Positions 23,680 to 34,939 of a DNA stretch of 64,000 nt are shown in pieces. The stretch spans positions 16,864,001 through 16,928,000 of the forward strand of contig NC_043009.1 in assembly GCF_006345805.1 (NCBI RefSeq), read 5' to 3'. A program made the translations under genes and the position numbers. The DNA is from Octopus sinensis (lineage: Eukaryota). Numbering within the stretch: the stretch's first letter is position 1; each line of letters begins with the position of its first letter. The notes beneath the pieces are model-generated. The model had not been told where the DNA came from. It was given only the letters and a program-made list of their open reading frames with translations, and made no database searches.

Positions 23680-23835
23680 GTGTGTTTACGTCCCCGTAAC
23701 TTAGCGGTTCGGCAAAAGACACTGATAGAATAAGTACTAGGCTTACAAAGAATAATTCCTGGGGTCGATTTGCTCGACTAAAGGCGGTGCTCCAGCATGG
23801 CCGCAGTCAAATGACTGAAACAAGTAAAGAGAGTA
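23680..23835 (+). mobile_element. SINE family A tail
   Basis: Nearly identical to 12880-13030. Confidence 0.85.
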
Positions 23836-24234
23836 GGTGTTGCAAAGCAATGGTTGATATAAGGGAGGTAATAAATAATTGTTACCATATTACAAGTTGT
23901 ACTTATTTTATTTGGTCTCTGTACTTATTTTGAACGTATACTCACAATTTGTGCATAGAAGGATCTTTTGGGGTCTATAAAATAAGTACCCATTGAGTAC
24001 CGAGGTCAATACAATTGACTTACCCACTCCCCTGAAGTTGCTGGCCTTGTGCCGAAATTTGAACCCATTATTATTCATTTTGTTCATCATGTATAAGTAC
24101 GTGTTCATTATCTTATTCAATTTTAGAAAAAATTGAAGCATGTCTTAAACAACTAAGGGGGGGGGGGTATTGAGCTTATTTTATGTGACTTTTGGCCACA
24201 CCCTGTATATAAACAGGTTTTGTTTCATTTTCAC

Positions 24235-24415
24235 GTAAAAAGCACCCACTACACTCACGGAGTGGTTGGCGTTAGGAAGGGCATCCAGCTGTAGAAACAT
24301 TGCCAGATTAGACTGGAGCCTGGTGCAGCCTTCTGGCTTCCCAGAACCCCGGTCGAACCGTCCAACCCATGCTAGCATGGAGAACGGACGTTAAACGACG
24401 ATGATGATGATGATG
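24235..24415 (+). mobile_element. RTE 3'-tail copy
   Basis: aaaagcacccactacactcacggagtggttggcgttaggaagggcatccagc...ggacgttaaacgacgatgatgatg. Confidence 0.88.
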
Positions 24416-24479
24416 TTACACATTTTAGGCTGATCATCATCATTTTTTTTCTTTCTTCAAGAGTATTTATGAATTTATG

Positions 24480-25010
24480 ATAAAACATTTTTGCTACTAC
24501 TATAGTATGACATCTACCAACTGTTGGTGGTATGAAATATGTCAAAAATCATAAAACATTCATTCAAAAGGAGCATAATAAACAGTAAAATTTACTAAAA
24601 ATCATAAACACCTGCTATTGATCTTCCCATTTAAATTGGTAGTGGAAAAACTGATTTCCTTCCCGAACTGAGTAATATGCATGGCACCATTTTTTTCGGA
24701 CATCTCAATATTGGCTAGATTTCTCCCATTCTATTCCTCTTTCTTTTTTTCTTGTATTTATGACAAGGAGGTAAATTTCCTACCTGGTCAATAAGATTGT
24801 GCTCTCCCAAAAGGGACACCGCTTCATCTTCACTTGAGATTATTTTGTAAAAGTCTCTCGCCAGCATGGTGCTAGTGTGAACAACTAAATGGGCTAGAAT
24901 TAATTGAAGGCCATAAGTGGGTTGTTTGGTAGAGTGCATTGTCATTTACGGTAGGTTGCAAATAGCATGGTCAATATCATACGATAGTAGCACCACATTT
25001 TCTAACCTTC
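24480..25010 (-). mobile_element. Merlin/IS1595-like transposase N-terminal remnant
   Basis: Minus strand reads RDFYKIISSEDEAVSLLGEHNLIDQVGNLPPCHK and then LRCPKKWCHAYYSVREG..FF, a zinc-finger layout of the ISXO2/Merlin type. Catalytic region absent. Confidence 0.5.
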
Positions 25011-26966
25011 AGTGTTAGTAAAGCTGAGTTTTTACACACATCCCTGATAAACATTCAGCGATAAGCGTATCTTTGATATATAATAAAATAAAAACAGAAA
25101 TTAATAAATGATCACCAAATATTGGAATATATAAATTTCTTATATTGGTGCAAACTTGCAATTTTGTAAGGGAAGACTGCAAGCAACATAATTGCATCAC
25201 ATACCCCACTCCACCAACAAAAAAAAAAAAAAAAAAAAAAAAACTGTGATTTTAAGCAATGATAGTCATTCTGGATCACATCAGTACTTTGTGATAAACG
25301 TCAGCATAGAATACTTAAAGTAAATTGATGGGACAAATGAATAATGAGATCCCCCAACCCATCTAGGAAGACAATTACTCCTAACAAGAACTGATGCAAA
25401 CCATGACAATCCGTCCAGTCTATGCAAGAATGAAATGGGATATAAAATAATAATGAAATGAAACCTGATGCTGATTGGTTGGTTCAGAAAAGATTTAACC
25501 AATAACCAGTTTAAAGGGATGCTGAGAGATTACAGAGGATATGTATTTTATTTCATAACACTAGTTATATTAACATGACAGGTAAAATCTTGTAAACGCG
25601 TACAGTAATTCAAAATGATTTCAACGCACAATTCAGACGAGCATTATTTTACAATTTATTTCATTTATAGACAGACTTGTTTTAGTACATTTGAACATTT
25701 TCATTGTTGGAACGATAGCTTCTTTTCAGCCTTTGTAAAGGATTCTTCTTTCTGCAATTGACCACTCAACCATAACTGAGTGCACATCCATAACACTATT
25801 ATAGCTATAGCAACCTTTGATCATCAAAGCTAATATTCAATGCAATTCCTTAAGACATTTCAAACCAAAAAGTGACTGATCAGAATTTTGCATCCATTTC
25901 AATTATCAAATGTAGACACATATAACATCAAAGTACACCTAGTATAAAACTAGAATCCACCAAATAAATAATAATTAGTTGCTGGAATAGTAGCTTTGAG
26001 GTCACATTGTTATATATTATGTTGTAACCCTAGATAGGGCACAAAGCGTTTTTTGACTCATTCAGCTTGGCTGAGGACAAGTACAAAAACATACTTGAAT
26101 GATTAGTAATAAGAAAGGACACAACTATCCTTGTCTGGTTATTAAACACCTTTTTCATGTGATGTCCTGCTAAGGAAGAAACTAAGAAATGAAGAATAAG
26201 ACATCACATGAAAAAGGAGTCTAATATTCAGACAATAATAGTTGAGTCCTTTCTTATTGCTAATCATTCAAGTATGGTCTTGTACCTGTTTTCAGCCATA
26301 TATATATATATGTATGTATGTAAGAATATGTATATATATATATATACACACATTTGTATGTATAAAACAGGATAAGTGACATGGTAGAGTGATAAGAACA
26401 TTGAAACACTGCATTAGAAAAAAAAAAAAATTTGAGTTGAGCCTAGAAATGACTGTCTGAAGAGTGTTGTTGGATGAATAAACTCAAACTCAGTGCAGGA
26501 CAAAGATACACAAAATGAAGTTCATAGAACATAAACTTTAAATTACTTCATCAATAAGCCATAAAAGAAAATTGTAACATTCAGCTGTAAAAGTATTTGC
26601 TTTAATAATATACAATTTCATAAAACGTATCTCACCCCTGCTATCTTGAAATAATAGATACAACCCATTAAAAAAATATGTCTATCAGTACCAATTAGTT
26701 GACTTTTTTTAAGTAATCAGGTCATTTGAAGACCTGATGAAACTCATAAGAATACTGATAACTTGATGCTATAATGGAATAAAATAGAAATAGAGGTAAA
26801 TTTGTGAAAGAAAAAAATAAAGAAACCACCTGCAATGTTTCATGTCCAATTAATGTTAAACCCAGCTGAGAGAACAGTCAAATGAATGAGGACAAGATGG
26901 AAAGGGATTCTTGTTCCAGACACACCAAGGAATTACTTCTCTTTCATCAGTTAATTAAAAAATGTT

Positions 26967-27395
26967 TTAATAACGGTATTTAGTAGAATAATCCTTTGGT
27001 GAGACAACAAGACCACGTCCCTTTCTTGCCCCTCGATACACAGTCTCAACAATATCAATGAATTCCTGACAATCTTCTAAGGCCCAGTTTATCTTATTGT
27101 TGTTACCAGTCCCTAAATCAATCATGATATGCTTATTACGATAGAAAAACATGACCGTGCAGGGGTCGTATAACTCATACATCTTGTTGAAGTCAGGAAC
27201 TTCAGTAATGTCTACAAGATAGATTACAACAAAGTTTTTGATTTTTTCAGCACATTTATAAAGTACTTCATCCATAACCATGCAGGTGGGATCCCAGTCA
27301 TGACCAAACCGGATGACAACAACACGATCTTCCTCTGAGAGAATGGCCTGGTCCACTTGCCAGCCATTGTGGAGATGAGGTAACATATACGACAT
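26967..27395 (-). CDS. TXNL4A: Thioredoxin-like protein 4A (Dim1, U5-15kD), 142 aa, uninterrupted CDS
   Basis: MSYMLPHLHNGWQVDQAILSEEDRVVVIRFGHDWDPTCM...RGLVVSPKDYSTKYRY is near-identical to the known Dim1 sequence; 429 nt including stop. Acceptor tttttgcag at 27444-27443, 47 nt upstream of the ATG. Confidence 0.98.
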   Translation of the reverse strand: MSYMLPHLHNGWQVDQAILSEEDRVVVIRFGHDWDPTCMVMDEVLYKCAEKIKNFVVIYLVDITEVPDFNKMYELYDPCTVMFFYRNKHIMIDLGTGNNNKINWALEDCQEFIDIVETVYRGARKGRGLVVSPKDYSTKYRY

Positions 27396-27556
27396 TCTGG
27401 CTGGATTATTTTGTTTTACTTCTTGAAAGCTGACATAGAACACTGCAAAAAAAGAGAAAAAAAAGGTAATAATAATAATAAATACAGAATCAAAGAACTA
27501 TATTGAATTTCTAAATGTCTCAGAGAGACATGAGTGGTGGTGGAGCGATAGAGTGG

Positions 27557-27733
27557 TTGTATACTGTCAACTTAACATGACAGTCCCGTAAAGGGAATTA
27601 CACCTCTGCCATTTAGCCCTAGGAAGCACAGGAAATTGTCAAAGCTGACAAGAAGCGTCAATGCTTCCTAGGGGTAAATAGCAGTGGTGTAATTCCCTTT
27701 ACGGGACTGTCACATTATGTTGACAGTATACAA
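27557..27733. repeat. Inverted repeat: 72-bp arms (27557-27628 / 27662-27733), 33-nt loop
   Basis: 6 mismatches in 72 bp. Flanked by a 15-bp direct repeat AATCAAAGAACTATA (27488-27502, 27732-27746). Confidence 0.93.
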
Positions 27734-28064
27734 TCAAAGAACTATAGTTGTTATTTTAATGTCCATATGCAGCCATGGTTATGGGTTGTAAGGAAAATTG
27801 TTGGACCAAAATGAATGTTACAATGCTTGAAGTTCATAAAACCAGGAGATGGGTTTTTTGTATGTTAAAATAGGTTGGATATGTTCCTCTTTCTTATAAA
27901 TTACTGGTTTTAAACACAATCCCATGCCGACAATGCCAGACAATAATAAAACATAACATCAACTTACATTTGCAGGGTTAAAAATCAAAGCATTTCTTTG
28001 CGATTGTTACAGTGGAACAAGATTTTTGTTCTTGGATAGCAACTGTCGTTTCCTGTTTGCTTAC

Positions 28065-28193
28065 CTTCAGAAAGTATGAAAAATAGCAAAGAGTTTCTTC
28101 AAACTTTGCTTTTGCTACATATTTTGGCTATATTTTAACTTCATCTGCAAAGTATAGTCCAGAGTATCCTTGCCAAAGTAAAGCAAAAAATAT
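28065..28193 (-). other. TXNL4A: Candidate internal 5'UTR exon of TXNL4A
   Basis: Strong donor AAG|gtaagc at 28064. Acceptors ttccactttcag (28194) and tatactttgcag (28145). No transcript evidence. Confidence 0.4.
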
Positions 28194-28269
28194 CTGAAAG
28201 TGGAATATCATACATTGATTTTTTTTTCTTCTGCTGGTTGTGAGAAACTGGCAGATAGAACTGAGACTG

Positions 28270-28450
28270 CATCAAAGCAGATAATGGTTTAAAATTTTGG
28301 CACCGGGTCAGTAGTTTTTTGAGGGGAAGTCGATTTACTGGTACTTATTCTATCAACCCTGAAAGAAAAATCGCAGAATTGTAGGTCACAGCGAAAAGAC
28401 GGATGAAATACCCCAAAGCATTTCGTCCGTCAAGCTAACGGTTCTGTCAG
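28270..28450 (-). mobile_element. SINE family B, degenerate
   Basis: aaaattttggcacc...tactggtacttattctatcaaccctgaaag...gcatttcgtccgtcaagctaacggttctgtcagc. Confidence 0.65.
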
Positions 28451-28970
28451 CCCATTCGAGGCAAATAAAGATTTCTAACTTCAGTATTTATCTTATTATA
28501 CACTGCACAAAGGATGTAACTAAGCACTAAAAAGCATGTTTACCAACACATTTATGGATCCCACCAACAAGGGAACTTCTAAAATTTAGAGTCTAAATCA
28601 GTGATTCTTAACTGGGGTCCAGATAAGATGGGGGGGGGATCAACAGTCATATTTTAGCAGCCTGTGAAAAAATTTTACTTTAGAGGTATTTATTGCAAGA
28701 AACAACTAGATTTAGGTTTCTTTCTATAATGCCTTACATACTCCAACATGTTTCCGACCTCTAAAACATGTTCTCTTTGAGGGTGCTATTGCAAATCTAC
28801 ACAAGCGAACGTGAGAAAAAACAAAACAGGAATGGTGAAAGAAGTCTATAAATAGCTTTTAAACGTGGAATGGTTATGGGAGTCCACCAGAATAAAATAG
28901 TAATCAAAGGGGTCCATAGGTACTACCCCCACCTCATTTTCCCCTTTTTCCAAAAATTTTTATTTATTTA

Positions 28971-29381
28971 TTTGCGAAATACGTAGAAAAATATGAAGAT
29001 TACGATTCTGAAAAAATTAAATTTAAATTTGTTTATTTTTTTCCATATTCTTAATCTCTGTATTTTCCCACGTAGATTGATGAAAAAAATCGAAAAAAAG
29101 TTTTAAAACAACTACAAAAATAAACCCTTTAATTTCACATGAATTATTTTGTCATATTACAACGGGAAATTACTCTGAAAGAAATCTTTGCAGAACGGTT
29201 AGTAGACTGATTACATTATGTTATCGCAGTTTTGTGAGATTTAGCTGTTATTTCTAGCATGTGGATAACCTGCTTGAAGGCCTGAGGGTATATATTCTTT
29301 TGTTTTTTTCTTTTTTTTGTTGAAAAATTGAAATTTTACAAACAAATTTTTTTCAGAATCGTAATCTTCGTATTTCGCAAA
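28971..29381. mobile_element. MITE-like element with about 34-bp inverted ends
   Basis: tttgcgaaatac..gaagattacgattctgaaaaaa (28971-29016) versus ttttttcagaatcgtaatcttcgtatttcgcaaa (about 29348-29381). TSD not identified. Confidence 0.6.
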
Positions 29382-29790
29382 AAAACCCAAATAAACAATA
29401 TATATATATATCCATTTTACCGGAAGTTATGACGGAAAAATCGGATCTTGTGAATTTTCCGAAAGTCCTCTCCCCACCCCCAGGGTCATCAGCGCGCATT
29501 TTTTTTTTGTTCCCGGGTGAAGATCTTTATATTGATCAATTTTTATACTTTCACCCCACGATTTTCACTAAGGAAAAAAAAAACAAACCTCGGACTGTTT
29601 GCGTGGAATCAAGTACCATGGCTTCCTATCGAACGGGTGAAAGCATCAAAATTTACCGGTAAAAGATGGTTGACAACCACAAGTCTAAAGAGCTATCCGG
29701 TTTGCTAGAAACAGCAGTCAAATCTCCCTCAAACCTGAGTCGGATAATGTGCTACGACTAGACATACTCAAATGATAATAATAATAAGGT

Positions 29791-30060
29791 ACTACTAGCG
29801 AACAGTTAGTCGTAAGTAGTCGATCCTACAATGACTTGCGCGTATGTTTGCATTTCAAGGCTGAATACACATCAAAGAAAATTAAATAATATTTTTCGAA
29901 CAAAGTAAATAAAACGCAAAGTAAATAATTTTTTTAAACTAAGTAAATAAATTATTTTTGTAAACAAAGGTTAGGGCTAAAAAGTCGTAGGATCGACTAC
30001 TTACGACTAGCTAGCGCGGATACGCGAGTGCGCGCACCGGGACCACTGTTCGCGAGTAGT
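29791..30060. repeat. CpG-rich foldback element
   Basis: Perfect 23-bp IR (29807-29829 / 29987-30009) plus an outer 16-bp IR with 1 mismatch (29791-29806 / 30045-30060). Confidence 0.8.
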
Positions 30061-30724
30061 AACTAATAATAATGAAATTATTGTATACAGTGCTCAGGTG
30101 CAGCACAACTTGTCAAAAGTGCTTATAAAGTATATGCAGTAATGTACAAATGTCTGGGAAGTGAACAGTGTGTGAGTCAGGTACCTGTTTGTGTGTGTAT
30201 GGAGGGGAAGGAAGACTGGAAGTTTTGAAAGGATCCTTGGAGCAACAAACAAGTGGATTTTAAGTGGGGAAGAGATGAGAAATAGTGGCAACCATGCCTT
30301 TTTCAGGAGCACTTGTAAGACTAAACAAGATGAAATCAAACTGACAATCAAAATCAGAATCGAGAGGAAACTGAGCCCCACGAATACTTCGCTGCCAGAA
30401 TAGTTTCAACATATACTGTACATAATCCCTAATACCTTGTATATTATTTTAACTGTTATACTATTATTTTGCTTCGAGGCAACCCTGAACCTACAAGGCT
30501 CCTGAGGAAAAATATACTTCAGCCGTGACCATCACGTTTACATTATCCAATGGGTCTTGTTATTTCTAGCAGGTCCAGCGGTGGCCTTTGGTTTGAAAAT
30601 TGCCCCAATGGTTATTTAGTTATACGTATATATGTTTATGTAAAGAGAAACATTGGTTGAAAAGGTTTATGGCAACAAAACGTAAACATTATTGAGGAAG
30701 CGCAAACAAAGCGAAATTCCTTAC

Positions 30725-30790
30725 CTTTTCAATCAAGAACATGACACTACAACCGGAAGTCGCTATAATCGTTACTAATACCGACGCAAA
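30725..30790 (-). other. TXNL4A: Probable first (non-coding) exon of TXNL4A; TSS position approximate
   Basis: Donor AAG|gtaagg at 30724, facing the TXNL4A acceptor. Lies in the CpG-containing region next to the NDUFA9 start. Confidence 0.65.
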
Positions 30791-30990
30791 TATATTCACA
30801 GTGTTAAAAGATTATATTTTATTGTACATATATATGTATTACTTTTCACTCAACACTATAAAATATAGCAAAATCAATTTGAGTGTTTATTTTTTTCTAC
30901 TTTTAATTTAAATATTTTTCGGTTTCCTTTTAATATATATTTCTTTCCATTTCTGCATTCACTTCTGACTCGACAACATGGCAGCCATCT
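30725..30990. promoter_or_regulatory. Bidirectional promoter region for TXNL4A and NDUFA9
   Basis: Divergent first exons about 250 bp apart. ETS motif CCGGAAGT at 30753-30760; YY1-like CAACATGGCAGCC over the NDUFA9 ATG; pyrimidine-rich leader. Confidence 0.65.
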
Positions 30991-31023
30991 CGAGGGCAAC
31001 TGTTGTCCAGCTCGGACAAATCG
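30978..31023 (+). CDS. NDUFA9: NDUFA9 exon 1 (start of mitochondrial targeting peptide)
   Basis: acaacATGG Kozak context, MAAISRATVVQLGQI+G|gtcagt. Phase 1 matches exon 2. Confidence 0.82.
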
Positions 31024-31779
31024 GTCAGTAATTTTGTTCTGTAGACATATATATTTATTTTAATGTGTTCTGAATGTTTATAGAATATCTAGTATTCTCT
31101 CTTGCTATATCCCATTTAACTACGATCAATGACAAGGGCAATCTACACCGTCTCCATCGCAGCTCGTCCTCCAATAACTTTGTTATTACTCTTGTCCTTT
31201 TCACTCGCCGATTATCATTCAACTATTTTCGGCAACTTACTTCTTTTATCTTCCAATTGTAAATACCTCTCGGGCTCTAAAATGATTATTTCTAAACAGA
31301 AACCTCATTATTAGCGAATATATTTAATTCTAATTTATTTTTGCTCTATTTCAACCGAGAATCTTCCCAAATTTGAAGGTCATTCCAGGTGTACAGAGAG
31401 CAGGGTTTACACATATTCCATATTTATTCTTTTATATTCCTCAGTCCTCAGCTCATATTTCTTTTCAGTCCGTATGTCACAAACCTATCTTTTCGTATTG
31501 AATTTTTGATCATACTTAACACAATTGACAGCTAATATCTTCTAACTAATCGGTCGAGACAATCAGTTTTTCCACCACTCTATTTATCTCTGACGTGATT
31601 CATTCATTGGACTGCGATTATACTGAAGGGTTTAGTCGACCAAATCAACCCAAGTACTTGCTTTTAAGCTTGGTCCTCATTCTATTGATCTAGTTACGGG
31701 GACGTAGACAAACACCAGTTGTTCGGCGTTGGTGGGTCACAAACACACACCAGTGTGTATATGTATGCAAGTGTCTTTT

Positions 31780-32248
31780 ACTATAGCCTCGAGCCGACCA
31801 AAGCCTCATGAGTGGATTTGGTAGAAGGAAACTGAAGGAAGCGTGTCATATATATATATATATACATACATACATATATGTGTGTGTAGTTGTGTGTCTG
31901 CGATGCCAGTACCATCTGACTGGCACCCATGCTGGTGGCACGTAAAAAGCACCATTTGAGTGTGACTGATGCCAGTGCCCCTTGACTGGCTCCTGTGCCG
32001 GTGGCGCATAAAAAGCACCATTCAAGCATGGTTGACGCCAGTGCTGCCTGACTGACTCCCATGCCAGCGGCATGTAAAAAGTATCCACTACTCTCAGAGT
32101 GTTTGACATTAGGAAGGGCATCCAGTGGTAGAAATCTTACTAAATCAGATTGGAGCCTGGTGCAGCCTTCCGGCTTGCCAGTTCTCAGTCAAACTGTGTC
32201 TAACCCATGCCAGCATGGAAAGTGGGCGTTAAACGATGATGATCATGA
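31780..32248 (+). mobile_element. SINE family A partial head + (TA)n + RTE-type VNTR tail
   Basis: Head matches 12705-12772. The tail has three units of about 66 bp and ends aaacgatgatgat. Confidence 0.8.
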
Positions 32249-32512
32249 TATATTATGACTAGCTTCCATGTTTCTCTCTTCCAAATTGGAACTGAATCTG
32301 AAACCAAGTCAATTAAAAAAAAAAATATGTATTATAAATAATAAAAAGCAAAAAATAAACATTTATGTTCCAGCTGAAAATATTTCCACACCAATCTACT
32401 ACACATTATTGGAGAATCAGTTATTGCAAACCAATATCACAATCTATTAAATTGTCCCAAAATATTTCATTATCAATTTTTAAAATTGTTTTCCTTCTTT
32501 TTTCAATTCCAG

Positions 32513-32686
32513 GGCAACACATTCCGCCAGTATTTGGCTGTGTGTATGTTAATAAGAGAAATGCTGGCAGTGGTACAATGGCTGCAATGAAAAGAGGGCG
32601 TGGTGGACGTTCCTCATTTAGTGGAATTGTCGCAACAGTGTTTGGAGCGACTGGCTCTTTAGGGACACATGTTGTGAATAAACTTG
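32513..32686 (+). CDS. NDUFA9: NDUFA9 exon 2
   Basis: ttccag|GG...G|gtaagt. [31 protein letters not shown] (Rossmann motif of NDUFA9). Confidence 0.97.
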
Positions 32687-33239
32687 GTAAGTGTTGATCT
32701 CCATTTAAAAGGCAACTTTCTAATCTGTGTTTGTCTTGGAACTAGCTTCTCTATACTTTCTTACATTTTATTTTACCTCACCACTTTTTATTTATCTAAT
32801 CAGAATCTAATTAAATTTCATTTATGAAATTAAATATTTGGTTAAAATAATCAGAGCTGAGTATGACTTGATAAATAAAACCAACGAAGACTTAAGAGAC
32901 ATTGTTAATAGAACAGCTTCTACTCTGAAATAAGAAACATTTTATATAGTAATTCCATTATTTTAGTAAAAACCATAAAGTGTAGAAACTTAACTGGCAT
33001 TGTGTGTATAAGTATTTACTGTATTTGCTTTGCTTTAGATGCAAAGTATATGGTTACATCCATCAGAAAAACATTTACACTTATGTAGTTATAATGATGA
33101 GATTAACTATTCTGTTAGAAAAATACCTCCTTCACAGCACCTAACCCTTTTGGTCTCATCAATAGAATCTCTACTAACTCTGAGGAAGTGTCCTTTCCTC
33201 CATTTCTTAGCAATGATGATTTTGTGAACAGTGCTATCA

Positions 33240-34570
33240 CAGAGAAAGCCTTAATTTTTGCTACTTGCATCCAACTCTTCACAGCATATACTTAATAAAT
33301 CTGTTGTAAAACTATCTCATTCCACTCTACCAAGCTCACCACTGTGTACACATATGCACCAAAAGTGACAGTACCTCAAGTTACTTCAAATCAACATCAC
33401 CAGCCCAAATAATGTCCTTTCCACTATTCTCTAACAATATACCCCAGAGCTAGTCCCCATATTTGCCAATGTCTTTAATTTTTGTCTATAAGGATATATC
33501 CATGTTTGGAAACAAGTGTCCCATTCTTATGAAGGTCAACTTCACCTTCTCTGTCAACTACTTACTGCACTCACTTTCAGAATCTCTGACATGGTGACAG
33601 TTATGTTATTACCCTCAACATCAGCAAAATTTTCAACTGTGCCTGGCACACAAATCCCCTGTCAAAACTGCACACCTATGGACTCCAGAGTTCTGTGATG
33701 CAAATGACCTTACCATTTGCAATATTAACTTCAGGAAAACTGATCAATCTTGTTATCACACATCACTCATGTCAGGTGATCATGCTGGCCAGATAGATTT
33801 CAAATTCACTAGCAATGGACTAGACAGATTGTTGTGTCTTTCGCTGGTGTAAAATGTACACGGCAAGCAATTGATGACATCAAAGTAAGAGCTAGATGGA
33901 GCTTGAGGCAATCTGGAGAAGGAAGATATGGCAGCTAAAAGATCCTTCAAGATCAAAACTTCCAGGTTAATTATAAGAGGAGATAGAGACTTACCACACA
34001 GATGACAACTTTGAGAGTCTGAGACACAGACTAGATCTGTGGATGGAGCTCGATTCTAGTTAAGTAGGAGGTGACACAGGAATGAAATAGGATGGTAGGT
34101 TGAGCCAGTAAAGCTAAGTGATAAGCTTAGAAAGAAAAAGAGGGGTTAGAAATATCTGGAAGCAAGGAGTGCAGCAGAACATAAGAAACTGATCAATGTT
34201 CTGTGATGTGAGGATGAGGATCAGATGTGTGAGATGTTCTGGACATCGTCATCAAAGTGTGTGCTTGTAATGGTAGTGGTCTACTTAGCCTACATTGTCG
34301 CTGAGAAGAACGGGACAGTAATATTACTATCGCTGAATGAGAAGGAAAACAGAAAAAGATAACTGAATAAATCCAACAGTGGGACCAGCTGTTGACAGTG
34401 ACAGCTCTGTGACTGAAAAAGCTGTAAAAAGGATCTGAAAAATAAGGGAAGTAACTGGGTCATGGAGAATAATCACAGAGACGAGACTTGTACTCGTCAT
34501 GTACTACAAAAAGAAGTGATTCTCAGAGGAGATGACTGGTGCACCAAGTGGCTCTTGCTTTGCTAGAGAA
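33240..34570. mobile_element. Old CR1/L2-like LINE fragments in opposite orientations (about 33240-33720 +, about 33730-34570 -)
   Basis: Plus part decodes loosely to PEL.PI.A..FN.C...WK...V.P..K...NY. Minus part is purine-rich antisense debris. Confidence 0.45.
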
Positions 34571-34939
34571 GACTTGACCAATTAATATCAAGTATGAAAA
34601 ATGAATGATGATAAAAAGAAGAATAACATTGTCTTTAGTCAATGGATCAGAAAATTGTTATGAATAAAACTGAGTGTTAATGTGTAGTTTGAAAAATTCA
34701 GAGATCAGGAAATTGTTGGAACACAATGATGAGAAAACATACTGGAAAATTAAAGTAAAGTCATAGATGTGTGGTAAAAAGCTTGCTTCCCAATCACATG
34801 GTTCTGGGTTCAGTTACACTGCTAGGCACCCTGGGCAAAATGTTCTGGTTAATGATAGTGCAGCTTATGATTGTATTGTTTCTGATTATGGAAGATGGAA
34901 ATTTTCTGTACTGCTAACAGTGGATATAATATTTTGTAG

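Noticed and set aside
25214-25242. Long poly(A) run as a processed pseudogene tail
   Set aside because: No recognisable coding sequence, poly(A) signal or TSD upstream.
27396-27443. N-terminal extension MFYVSFQEVKQNNPAR in the ORF track for TXNL4A
   Set aside because: It starts at a non-ATG codon overlapping the splice acceptor. The conserved protein begins MSYMLPHL at 27395.
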